Source: the human T2T-CHM13v2.0 reference genome, Homo sapiens. Taken from it: 64,000 nt of DNA. Both the position numbers and the translations under genes were made by a program. Below the pieces are notes generated by a model. That model made no database searches and was not told the DNA's origin. It saw nothing but the letters and a program-made list of their open reading frames with translations. The stretch is taken from assembly GCF_009914755.1 (NCBI RefSeq), contig NC_060931.1; one strand, 5' to 3'. The first letter of the stretch is position 1; each line of letters begins with the position of its first letter. This document shows, one piece after another, positions 43,713 through 59,211 of the stretch.

Positions 43713-45277
43713 TTATTTTTGATAAATGCAATAGAAAAATACAGAGTATTATGGGACCCTCTAAAAGGAGAACCTAGCCTTCTCTTGGGGGATTATGTGT
43801 CTTAGATGGCTTCCCTGAAGAACTGACATTTAAGATACATGTAAAGGATAAATTATATTTTATTTAACAAGTTCTTATATCTGACATGCACTGCTCTAAA
43901 ATCTTACAGATATTAACTCATTTAATCCTCCTAACAAACCTGTAAGGTAAGTACCACCATTATCTCTGACTTCTAGTGGAGAAACCGAGCCACAGAGAGG
44001 TTGAGTAACTTGCCCAAATTCACAGAACTAGTAAGCACTCTGCTCCCAACCTGTTGCTTCCTGCCTCATGCTGTCTACTCAACTTCAGGTCTTGAGACCC
44101 CACCAGCTCAGTTCCACCCTGTTTCTAAGTCACTTCCATCTGAGGCCGGCAATGTATTGGAAGCCTCCAATGCTCTGAATTTTTTTTCAGTTGCCCTGAA
44201 CTCAGTGCTACTATTGCTCGTGGAAAGTGATGGTTCGTGGATGCCCACAAAGCTACAGGTTCACTTCCAGTCTCTGAATGGTTCTGGTAACTGAGCTTCA
44301 ACATGGCATTTCAATTTTCCTGGCAAAACAGAGGCTGGCCTCAAACAGCCCCAACAATCTGCAGTCTTGGTTCACCTGATCTCCCCGACACCTGCAGTCC
44401 ATCCTGCCATCCCCAGATGCTGGCAAGGTGTGCTGCTCCAGGAACCAGGGCCTTGCCCTGCACTTGAAAGATTATCCCTAGAGAAGCCCTTTTCTCTGCC
44501 TCTCCCCCATGCTGAACCTCTTAGATATCAATGCCAGTTTAGACTCCACCCAAGGTTGCTAAATCTCCTTGGATGCTCTGGTGTGAAAACAAACCATATG
44601 TTCTGTAATAGAGAAATAGTCAAGCAAATTCTCAAACACCTGCACAAGGGAGAATTAGGCAAGTCACTCAACAGTCTCCTCCTTCTCTGCCTGGAACACT
44701 CCAGTACCTCAGTGGGTTACCCTTGGCCCATCTGCTCAGAATTTCTATTCCTAAGAGTTTTAGGATTCAGGCAGTTATTGTCACAGCAGCAGTCAGCTCT
44801 TGCCATCATGATGCTATGTAATAAACCACCTCAAAACTGAGTGGTTGAGAACAATAAGCATTTACTTTTTCTTTCATCTGTCCATGGTTGGCCAAAGTGG
44901 CTCTGCCTCAGAATACAGGTTGTTGGGCTGGGCTCTAGTCTCTGAATTGGATTCAGATCTGATTATCATTCTAGGAGTAGCAGCGACTCACAGCATATCC
45001 TTCTCATGCTGAATGGCAGGAATTCAAAAGTCAAGCCAAACCACACAGCACATTTATACCTCTGCATGCATGATGTGTGCTCACGATCCATTGGCCAAAT
45101 GTGTCAAACAGAGAAGCCCAAATTCAGTGGGTCAGGGAAACACGCTGTTCTGCAAGATGAGGGACAAGGACTGAGCTGTTTATTGAACAAGATTTCAATC
45201 TATCACACCAAGTTTCTGGAATGACCAGCTAAGTGGATGGAGGTCTTATTTACTTGAGTAAATAAAACTGGTGTTAG

Positions 45278-46295
45278 CCAGTCAGAATGGCTATTACTAA
45301 AAAGTCAAAAAACAAACAAACAAACAAAAAAACAAACAGATGCTGGCGAGGCTGTGGAGAGAAGGGAATGCTATACTCTGCTGTGGGAGTGTAAATTAGT
45401 TCAACCATTGTGGAAAGCAGTTGGGAGATTTCTCAAAGAATTTAAAACAGAACTACCATTTGACCCAGCAATCCTATTACTGGGTATATTACCCAAAGGA
45501 ATATACATTGTTCTACCATAAAGACACATGCATGCCTATGTTCTCATTGTAGCACTTTCCACAATAACAAAGACATGGAATCAACCCAGATGCCCATCAA
45601 CAGCGGACTGGGGCCAGGCATGGTGATTCACGCCTCTAATCCGAGCACTTTGGGAGGCCAAGGTGGGCAGATCACTTGAGGTCAGAAGTTCATGACCAAC
45701 CTGGCCAACATGGTGAAACCCCATCTCCACCAAAAATACAAAAATGAGCTGGGTTTGGCAGTGTGTACCTGTAATCCCAGCTACTCAGGAGGCTTAGGCA
45801 TGAGAATCGCTTGAACCTGGATGGCGGGGCATCCAGGCTGGATGACAGAGCAAGACTCAGTCTCAAAAAAACAAAAACAAAAACCAGTGGACTGGATAAA
45901 GAAAATGTGGTACATATACACCATGGAATGTTACACAGCCATTTAAAAATAATAAAATCATGTCCTTTGCAGCAAAGTGGGTGGAGCTGGAGGTCATTAT
46001 CCTAAGCAAATTAACACAGGAACGGAAGACTAAATACTGCATGTTCTTATTTACAAGTGAGAGCTAAACATTGTACATGGACACAAAGCAGGGAACAACA
46101 GATACTGGGGCCTTCCTGAGGGTGGACTGTGGGAGGAGGGTGAGGATAAAAAACTACCTATTGAGTGCGATGCTCATTACCTGGGTGATGAAATGACCTG
46201 TGCTCAAAACCCCCAGACATGCATTTTACCCATGTAACACGCCTGCACATGTACCCTTGAACTGAAAACAAAAGTTGGAAAGAAAAAAAAAAACA
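45278..46295 (+). mobile_element. Truncated L1PA/PB 3' end with inserted Alu (45612-45883)
   Basis: TSD aaaactggtgttag; A tail. Confidence 0.88.
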
Positions 46296-47158
46296 AAAAC
46301 TGGTGTTAGGAGGAAAATGCTCCTTCATGTATCAGCTAGCTTTTGCTGTATAACAAACTATCCCAAAACACAGTACTTTAAAGCAACAAGCAATGGTTAT
46401 TTCTCATAATCCATTGTATCGCTAAAGTGGTTCTTCTAGGCTTAGCCAGAATAGCTGAGTTGTGTTGGTGTGAGAGCTACTCACAGAGTGGTTAGAGTAA
46501 TTAAACAAAAGAGTTATGGCAAGTATACTGTAAGATGAGAAATCAGGTGCACAAGATTTATATCATAAGCACGTTCTTTGGGGTATTATTTTTAATAATA
46601 AAAATCAGAAGCTACCAAAGTGTCCAAACAACATAAGACTTCAAAAATAATTTCACACAACATCAAATGAAAAAAAATCAAGTTATCTTAATGTTTATGT
46701 CTACGTGAGTTTACATATATACCTGGGTTAATATTGACTCACTCGGAATGTTAGGACAAGAAGTGAATTGTGTTTTCTTCTGTGTGCTTTCCTGCATTTG
46801 CCAAATTTTCAATGGTTATATTTTACTTTTGTGTAGTAAAATTAATAGCTATTAAAAGTGAGCAACATAAGGAGTTTTAGGTATTAAAAAAGATGAATAA
46901 TTGAATTCAGTCATGATCAGCATTTCTCTTGTTTCTTGCCTACATCCAGCAATTCCTGTAGGTAATTATGAGAGAGGCAGAACCCCTTCATCTTCATTGC
47001 TGGCTCTCAGTCAGGCTTTCTAAATTTGAACCTTGTACTCTACTGTGTAACTTCTGTGTCATTGGGCAAACTTCTTAACCAATCTATGTGTTAGTTTCCT
47101 CATCTGTAAAATGGGAATAATCACAGAATCTGAATTATAAGGCTGTTGTGAGAATTAA

Positions 47159-47431
<273 letters not shown>

Positions 47432-47570
47432 TGATCTGACTGCCTTGGCCTCCCAAAATGCTGGGATTACAGGCATGAGCCACCGCACCTGGCCATTATA
47501 TTGGTTTAAAAGCAGTTGCCTGTTAGCAGTAATAATGCATTCGTATGTTTTTTGTTCTTCTTATGCCTAG

Positions 47571-47720
47571 ATCTGGATGTGTGGAGGCCAACTCTTTATA
47601 ATCCCCTGCTCTCGAGTAGGACATATCAGTAAGAAACAAACTGGAAAACCTTCTACAATCATCAGTGCTATGACACATAACTACCTAAGACTGGTGCACG
47701 TTTGGCTGGATGAATATAAG
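47571..47720 (+). CDS. GALNTL5: GALNTL5 coding exon 7
   Basis: cctag| ... |gtgggg; 150 nt; [18 protein letters not shown]...VWLDEYK. Confidence 0.97.
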
Positions 47721-47818
47721 GTGGGGAACACATCCTTGACTTGGAAAATGTATGCGAGGCCGGAGCAGGACTTGTTCTGAGGAAGCCTGCTGCTGCCTTT
47801 CCAGATCCAGCGTTTGTT

Positions 47819-47996
47819 CTGGAGGTCATTATCCTAAGCAAATTAACACAGGAACGGAAAACCAAATACTGCATGTTCTCATTTACAAGTGAGAGCTAAA
47901 CATTATACATGGACACAAAGCAGGGAACAACAGATACTGGGGCCTTCCTGAGGGTGGACTGTGGGAGGAGGGTGAGGATAAAAAACTACCTATTGA
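47819..47996 (+). repeat. 178-bp dispersed direct copy of 45987-46164 (L1 3' segment)
   Basis: Ungapped alignment with 4 mismatches counted by eye. Confidence 0.95.
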
Positions 47997-48176
47997 TAGT
48001 TATTGATAGTTGTTCTTTTCTCTGTTTTTCTTGAATACAGCACCCCTCTAACCCCTCATCAATCCATCCCCAACCCTATTCTCAGTTCATCCTAAGCTGC
48101 TACTCTTACATCTCATTATTTTTGTTTTAATTTCTGGGAAAACTCAAGTCTCTCAGAAGTAAATCAATCAACATGA

Positions 48177-48598
<422 letters not shown>

Positions 48599-49224
48599 TG
48601 AGATTCTTTTTCTTCCCCGCTGATTTCCCAAGCAATGTGGATGCTGCTGGTCTTGAGACCGTGTGAGAACTTCCACTACCACTTTTCGACCAACAGCCAA
48701 AGATTTCTGTATCAAAACTATACCCTGTCATCTGTGCATTTCCCCAGGAGTTAAGTACCTTGCCAGGACTTACAAGGGTGCATGTCCATCCAGAAGCTAT
48801 GTGTAAATAAATACAAAAACCCCAGCAAAATCTCATTTCAGATGAACAAATAGAAATGTGTAAGAATCTCTCTGACAGTGTATGTCCTGGTCTTCATCTT
48901 ATGTTTCTCTAACTGAAAAAAACACACTTTAATTATGAAGGTAATAATGCTCCATTTCTTTTGTAATTAGAGAAATGTGAACTAAAACTTCAAAGAGCTA
49001 TTTCAACACCACCACTTAGATTAGCAGAATTTTAAAAGTCTGACAGGCCTGGCTGGGCACAGTGGCTCATGTCTCTAATCTAAGCACTTGGGAGGCCGAG
49101 GCAGGCAGATCACCTGAGGTTGGGAGTTCAAGACCAGCCTGACCAACATGGAGAAACGCCATCTCTACTAAAAATACAAAATTAGCCGGGCATCATGGCA
49201 CACTCCTGTAGTCCCAGCTACTCA

Positions 49225-49329
<105 letters not shown>

Positions 49330-49675
49330 TCAAAAAAAAAAAAAAAATCTTATGGGCCCGAGTGTCAGTGAGCAATAGGATCTCTCAGCTTTCTTTCACT
49401 TATGGGAGTGTTGACTTTTACAAAATTACATCTGAAAATGGCGTGGCAGCACCTACTAAAGTAAAAGATCTGAATACCTTGTGATTCAGCAGTTCTGCTC
49501 ATGCATATGCTACAGAAGCGCATGCTTTTGTGCACCAGGACACATGAACAAGAAAACTAATAAACAGCATTATTTGTTTTAGCTAAAACTTAATACAATA
49601 CAAATACTCATCAACAGTACAGTGGACAACTGTGATATATTTAGTCGCTATAATCCTATACAGCAATGAAAATTA

Positions 49676-50361
<686 letters not shown>

Positions 50362-52572
50362 TACCTACAAGAGCATAGGTAAATTTCAGAGATGTAATGG
50401 TGAATGAAAGCAGCCAAACACAACGGAACTTATACTGTATTATTTCCTTCCTGTAAAGTTCAAATGGGTAAAATTAAACCTATAATTTGTGCATGAATAA
50501 TCAGATATCAAAGCTAGAATAAAAAGAAATTAATACGTAATCAAGATAGAATGTAAAACGAAGGAAAAGGGCAATGATCAGGAAAGAAAAAGCAGGGGGC
50601 TTTCAAATTGTCTTTCAAAATCAGAACATATAAACATATCTCATTTTTTTAAATAGTTCCTTTAACTGGATCTACCAAAATTGATCCCATTAATAAATAG
50701 TACCAGTTGATAAGCATTCTGATTTCCTCGGCTTTTTGCTATTTTCTTGACAATCCTCAAATGAGAATTCTTTTTTTTTTTCTTTCTTTTGAAACAGAGT
50801 CTTGCTCTGTCACCCAGGCTGGAGTGCGGTGATGCAATCTCGGCTCACTGCAACCTCCACCTCCCACGTTCAGTGATTCTCCTGCCTCAGCCTCCCGAAT
50901 AGCTGGGACTACAGGTGCATGCCACCACACCCAGCTCATTTTTTATATTTTTAACAGAGACGGGGTTTCACCATATTGGCCAGGCTGGTCTTGAACTCCT
51001 GACCTCATGATCTGCCTGCCTTGGCCTCCCAAAGTGCTGGGATTACAGGCATAAGCCACCACGCCCAGCCTTGAAATGAGAATTATTGACATACTTTTTT
51101 GTGCATATTTTTGCAAATATATCTTTGGAATAAATTCAAGACATGAACTTGCTGGGGCAAGAGTTAGTGCATTTTAAATCCTGATGGGGTAATATCCAAA
51201 TGATCTTCACTGTCTGTCTCGTCATCTGTGCTGCCATCAAATGTATACGAAAGTGCCTGTCTCCTCATATTGGTTATAGCTGAACTGTTTGTTTGTTTGT
51301 TTTAATCAGATAGGTTAAAAAACATCTCATTGTTTAAAATTGTATTTCATTACGACAACTCTTGAGCTTATTTTCATGTTTGTTGATTTTTTTTTTCTGT
51401 GAACGCTGGTCAGGGATCTAGATGGTTGAATTGAACATAGCTATTTCTGCATGGTTTACTGACTTTCACAGAGCAAAAAGTTAACTTAAAGGGATATGAC
51501 GTGTTAAGTATAAAAATCAATGGATTGCATAATACAGCACAATGGGAAATTTAGTGACTGATTGGGACAAGAGAGGGCTTTGGACAGGAAGATGTGCCTA
51601 AGGTCATCCATGCTGTCTTGTCTCCAAAATTATGGCATCCTCCCCCACCTGCAGGCTCACCCCCTGCACCAATCCACCCTGGGGACCTAGGGGTGGCAGA
51701 ATGCGATGGCAAAGACCTACAGTGGTCACGGATCCCCAGGGAGAATCCAATATGGCATGCCCATAATACATTAATTTGGATGAGCAAACTCCTTCTGTCA
51801 TTCAACACTATCACTACCCTGAATGCCAGGCCTGGGAAAACACAGATGAAAAGATAAGGGTTCTGTTTGCGAAGGGCTTCAGTCTACTTAGAATACCTTT
51901 TTTCAACATGGGGCCAACAGAGTCCATTAGACATTCATTCTTGGGGCTTCCTTAAGTCAGAGCACACAAAAAACTAACCAAGTGTGGTAATAATGACCAC
52001 CTCAGACATGACACTTAGTATGTGCCAACCATGCTCGCCCAGGGGCTTTGCATGTCCCTATTAGACTGTTCAACCCTCACAAGCACTTCGCAAGGGGAAG
52101 ACTTGCCTAGGGTCACACAGACCCTGAATGGCAGGGCCAGACTTTGAATCCAGGCTGTACTCCTGCAGGATCTATTCTCCCTTTACTACATCATCCCCCA
52201 TTTCTGAAAAGACAAACATACTGATGAGGACCAGGGACTAACGGGGTTTGTCCTTGGGTATTGTTGAAAAAACAGGAGAAAGGGGATACCGCAATAGGTG
52301 GCTGTGCTTCTTTGGCTCCTGAGAAGCAGGACCCAGTCTTCCTGGATCCCGCTAGGGTGCCATGGCACGTGCTGTGAACATATGCAGGGTGGGTAAATCC
52401 GAGGTCCCATAGTATGTCTCTGCCTTCATTCCCTAGACAGAAAAAAATTGGGATCTGGAGGGCTTTTTTAGTTCACATGATGAAAATACATGCGTCTATG
52501 TTAGATATAATCATTTGATCAGCAAAGATTTGTTTGGTTGAACGTAACGACTGACTCTATATTTTCATTTAG

Positions 52573-52728
52573 GAGCAGTTTTTTCTTCGAAAGCCTGGTC
52601 TGAAATATGTCACCTACGGAAATATTCGCGAGCGTGTTGAGTTAAGGAAACGACTGGGTTGCAAGTCATTTCAGTGGTATTTGGATAATGTCTTCCCAGA
52701 GTTGGAGGCATCTGTGAACAGCCTGTGA
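52573..52728 (+). CDS. GALNTL5: GALNTL5 last coding exon, stop TGA 52726-52728
   Basis: tttag|; 156 nt; [37 protein letters not shown]; coding exons sum to 1332 nt = 443 aa. Confidence 0.96.
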
Positions 52729-52751
52729 AAGGAAAACAAATCACTTTCATT

Positions 52752-52842
52752 AATAAAGGGTTAAAAGTCTCCTAGTCATTCAACATAGTGTCACAAGAGT
52801 GTAAGTTTGGAACATCGTGGAATTACGTGAAATGCAATTAAA
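52752..52842 (+). terminator. GALNTL5: Candidate GALNTL5 polyadenylation signals AATAAA (52752-52757) and ATTAAA (52837-52842)
   Basis: Hexamers just 3' of the stop codon, with U/GU-rich sequence after the second. Confidence 0.65.
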
Positions 52843-53301
52843 AAAATATGACCAGACGTGAGTGCCTTTATTTTCCCTTCAATGAAAATTCTTGATACTT
52901 TGTTACTCATCTGCTACTGAATCTCTGAGGTGACAAGACCTTGAACATTAGAAAGGTAAGTGGTCACACAGTTACGACTCTATCATACAGCTGACTGAGT
53001 TAAAGTGCATTTGTTTACCACAGCCACCTGGCCCTGGTAGACTGTAGGGACTGCTTTCCCTTTGCCAACCCGGCTTCTGCCCCAGACAATCTGTCGCGAT
53101 TGGCTTCTTAGGGAGCCATGCTCTCGTGACTTTGGCTGAGCTGCAGCAAGCTCCTTTCTTCCTGCCAGGGTAGATTCTGGTAACGACACCTTACTCAGCT
53201 GCATACCTGAACATCTGGCGTCCAGTCCACCTGCCTGGGTGTCTGGTCAGCTCTCCAGGCCAGCTTCCCCATCTGTTCCTGCCAGCCCTTCTGTCATCTG
53301 A

Positions 53302-55049
<1,748 letters not shown>

Positions 55050-55892
55050 GCAAAATAGAAATCTTGTAGCTGAAAAAATAAAAGAGAATTATAGTAGTAT
55101 AAATATGGAGTATCTTCTTAAAGTAACAGTTTTTTTCTAGTTGAAATTTGAGAATATATATATGTTATATATAATTATTATATGTAATATATAAATGATA
55201 TATATGTAACATTAAAAAGTATATTTTTTTTCTGGTAAGCATAAAGAATGGATGCTGTAAATATCAGCTTTCCCAAAAGCAAAAGACAGGAGTGTTCTCT
55301 TTTGTTAAAAGCCGTGGGCCTAATATTAAGTCTTAGTTTTGTAATGTAATTTAGTTTAGGTACTAGATAACACAGATAAGTCCTAGAAATTGTTCAGCAT
55401 GTCCCTTGGACAGTATCTTCTTAAATATTGCTTCAGTTGACCCTAAAATAGAAAAGAAATCAGAATCAATATCCAAATATTTGGTGTGATTAAAGGGAAA
55501 TTGATACTTGCCTATAGATGGCAATTTTTTGTTTTTGTGTGGAAATTTAAAAATCTGATTTGTATTTTGAAGCTAGTTGAAAAGTATCTGGTAACCTGCT
55601 TAGGGTTTCTTACAAAACAGTTTTTGGTATGATGGAATGCTCAAACAAGTCTGAAATTAAGCCCAGGAGTTCTGTAACTAAAACATCCTTCTAGGAATTT
55701 ATCCCAAGACACACCTGTATGAAACAACAACTAAGAAGAGCTGACATTTGCTGAGCTTTTACTACGTTTCATACTCTGTTATAAGTAGTCTGCATGGATT
55801 ATCTCCTTTCATTCATACAACAACTTTATGAGTTCTACTGCTATCCTCATTTCATAGATGAGAAAACGATGGTTAGAATGTGCCCAGGTTAA

Positions 55893-56537
55893 CGTTGCCC
55901 TATTTGGCTAATAAAAATACAGGATGCCTGGTTAAACTTGAATTTCAAATAGACAATAACATTTTACTGTACATATGGCTACATTCTGAATGTGTCTTCC
56001 ATAATTCATGTTGAAACAACTGACAAAGCAACAGCACTACAGTTTGAATACCTTTTATCCCCACCAAAATTCATGTTGAGGCTTGGACCCCAGGGTAACA
56101 GTGTTGAGACAGAGTAGGACCTTTAAGAGGCATTTGAGCCATGAGGGACCAGCCCCCCATGAAAAGATTAACGCAGTCACTGAGAGTTCCCAGTCTCTTG
56201 AGACTGGATTAGGTACCTTGAGAGCGGGTTGTTAATAAGTAACATTGCCCCTTTAGCCAGTGCGCGCTTCCTCTTCCGATTCTCTGCCACGTTATGATGT
56301 AGCACAAAGCCCTCACCAGCAGCCTACCAGATACGGCTGCTGGATCTTGTACTTCCCAGCCTCCAGGAGAGTGGGAAAACAAATTTGTTTTTAAACTACC
56401 TAGTCTCAGGTATTTTATTATGGCAGCACAGATGAAGACAAGCCTCTCACATATTGCACAGGATATACTTAAACCACAAAATTATTCTTAATCTGGAATT
56501 CAAATTTCAGGCCATCCTGTATTTCATCTGGCAACTG
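55893..56537. mobile_element. MER33 split by an MST-type LTR (~55976-56440)
   Basis: aataaaaatacaggatgcc ... catcctgtatttcatctggcaac halves; MST 3' end ctagtctcaggtatt. Confidence 0.7.
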
Positions 56538-58100
56538 TATCCAAGGACAAACAATAACACGGCCCTTACATGATCCTAATCAGCGTGGCCTCAAAGATTG
56601 TGTTTAACCAGAATGATACGCTGAAAAGAGCATTTTAGTGTCATTCTGTATGATAGTGAAAAATTGGAGCTAACCCAAATCCTCAATTACGAGAATAATG
56701 GTTAAGTAATTATTGCACATTAATCAGGTAGAATAGTATTTAAAGTAATAAACAGATGCATCTCATACTCATCAGGTTGGCAAATATTTAAATATCTGAT
56801 ACTATCAAGGGTCAGGAGAAGATGAAACAATGGAAATTTACATGCCCTGATTAATCCTAGAGCATGATTTCAAATGTTAATTTGTGTATAAATCACCTGG
56901 AAATCTTGGTAAAAATGCAGATTTTAATTAAGTAGGTGGAGCACAAGACTCCCCATTTCTAACACACTCCAGGTGACGTTGGTGTCGCTTGTTGCTGGAC
57001 CACCATTTGAGTAGTGAGGCCCTAAAGGTCTGGTCTTCAAACTCTTTTGCTTGAGTATATACTAAAATAATAAGGTTTAAATACAAGAACTTAGTATCCC
57101 CTTATACATATTTAAGGTGATATTTAACATTTTTCATTACTAGTTTAGGTAGTTGGAAGGATTACTTTCTGGAAACATATTTATGTATTTAAATAAACTT
57201 GTAATACACTTTTAAATATACCTAGTAGACTTTGCCCTAGTTTGCCTGCCACTGCTGTGAATAGTTTCTGAGGGGGATCCCAGCAGGATTGATCCCCAAT
57301 GACGCTTATTTGATATTATACTATGTATATTTTACATGAGCTGCAACCATTGAAGGAAACTGGGCAAAGATACCTGTGTGCTGTCTGCACTGCCCTTGCA
57401 AGAGAAACCAGTACCTGAAATATCTGTCAATCTCCAATCAAGACACAAGCATGGTAGAAGGAGTCAAAAGCATTCAACTTGGCACCCAGCAGCAGTTCTC
57501 TTTGGCTGAGGGAAGTGGCCACAAGACTCAGCTGGGGGCCATCAGCGGCCTACACACCCAACAACTGGAGAAATGAGTCCTCAGTCCTTAAGGGGAAACC
57601 TGGGTGGTACAACATGGCATCCCCTACACCCTGACAACCCCATGGGGTATCTGTGGAAGAGGGGCTGGGGAATGTGGTTAGCTCAGTTCAGCTCAAGAAG
57701 GCCACTACTTTGGTTCAGGTGGTGCTCTTTAATTTATAGTAGCTGTAGAAGTTCCTCCATTGCTACGCGTGTACCCCATCAGACTTTAATTGTGAAGCAA
57801 TGAGTTCTTTAAAAAAGTTCAAAAATATTCTTAACCAAGTGGGATTTATTTCAGAAATGCAAAGAAGATTAGTATTAAGATATTCTTCAATATAACTTGG
57901 CATTATTGGCCAAAGATGAATGCCCACACCATTTTTCTTAAAAATTGCCAATTCCCCTTTTATGGTATTTGTATACATTGCACTATTATCACCAAGGTAT
58001 GAGTGTTTTTTTCACCACTTCTCTCTTTACACCTTAATCTACATTTTCTTCTATCACAAGTGGCGTTTAACTTCTTTTAATATGTTTAAGGGCATTTGTC

Positions 58101-58399
58101 TTTTTTTTTTTTTTTCACTTATGGGGTCTCGCTGTATTGCCCAGGCTGGAGGGCAGTGGCTATTCACAGGCGCGATCCCGCTACCGATCAGCACAGGAGT
58201 TTTGCCCTGCCCGGTTTCCGAGCTGGGCCAGTTCCCCACTCCTTGGGGAACCTGGTGGTCCCTGCTCCCGGGAGGTCACCACACCGATGCGGAACACAGA
58301 TGCGTGTCGCCGCGCAATGGGCACAGCGCATACAGCGCAGAGCTCCCGGGCTCAAGCGCTGCTCCCGCCTCAGCCTCCGGAGTAGCCGGGGCCACAGGC
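58101..58399 (-). pseudogene. Processed 7SL (SRP RNA) pseudogene, slightly 5'-truncated
   Basis: Alu-domain ends enclose S-domain sequence (ctattcacaggcgcgatccc...gggaggtcacca); poly(A) tail; 12-bp TSD agggcatttgtc at 58089-58100 and 58400-58411. Confidence 0.92.
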
Positions 58400-58429
58400 A
58401 GGGCATTTGTCATTAATGGGGTCTTTTGA

Positions 58430-59080
58430 GACCGCGGGTGACAGACAACAGGAGCCAGGCCACGCGCGGCGCCTCTGCGCGAACGCTAGGGAGGACTCAG
58501 CGCGCGGCGGCCGGTGACGTCAGGGCAGCGAGAGGTTTCGTCACCGCGGCGCGGGGGCGGGGCCGCCTGTCACGCGGCGCCGGCGGACGCGCGGCGCTGG
58601 GCGGAGGCAGCGGCTCGGGGACTGGGCGAGGGCCCTGGGCCTGAGGAGGCGCGGCCGCCACTGCGCCCAGCGCCTGCGCGACGCCTGGCTGCTGGGCCCC
58701 GGGGCAGTTCAGCCCGCGCCGCTCCTGCGGGTCGGACTGGGGCTGTGGCGGGAGAGAAGATGCCGCAGCCCGAGTCCCAGAAGGCGGCGATCCTGGGCTG
58801 CGGGCAAGGCGGTGAGTACCCTCTAGGCGGCGGCCTCCCGGCGTCCCTCAGCACCTCGAGAGCTGCGGCGGCGGCGCGCGGGGCCTGGGCAGGCTGGGGG
58901 CGGCGGCGGGGCAGCGCCTGGCTCCCCGCGGGTCCTGGGCTCCCGCACGCCCCCTGGGCGAGGCTCGTGTCTCCGGGAGACGCCGCTGCCCCCGCGCCTC
59001 CCCCAGCGTCTCCTGAGGCTTGTTCGCGGGCGTGGGGGCGAGGACCAGGGCGCTGGCCTCGTTTTCGCGTATTTAGGACG
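58430..59080. promoter_or_regulatory. GALNT11: CpG island / GALNT11 promoter with CRE (TGACGTCA 58515-58522) and GC box (GGGGCGGGGC 58554-58563)
   Basis: Very high GC and CpG density; motifs read directly; gene assignment from the known GALNTL5-GALNT11 order. Confidence 0.85.
58599..58811 (+). other. GALNT11: Putative non-coding first exon of GALNT11 (5' end approximate)
   Basis: Strong donor GCG|gtgagt at 58812 inside the CpG island, downstream of the CRE and GC box. Confidence 0.75.
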
Positions 59081-59211
59081 GAGGCACACCTGATCCTGCA
59101 GCCTCCCCCAGCATTTCCTAAAATGAAGTCCAGATCAGTATTGTCCACTTTTTAAAATTAAAAGTGCCCAGAAATAGAATAGTTCACACATACACAAAAC
59201 TAGGGAGAATA

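Noticed and set aside
52978-52990. CTC TAT CAT (LYH) resembling the start of the first lectin exon
   Set aside because: No AG acceptor and no similarity after three codons; the 53971 candidate fits better.
58514-59155. 213-aa (+) and 192-aa (-) ORFs
   Set aside because: Low-complexity Ala/Gly/Pro/Arg frames expected in stop-poor CpG islands; the + ORF runs through a splice donor.
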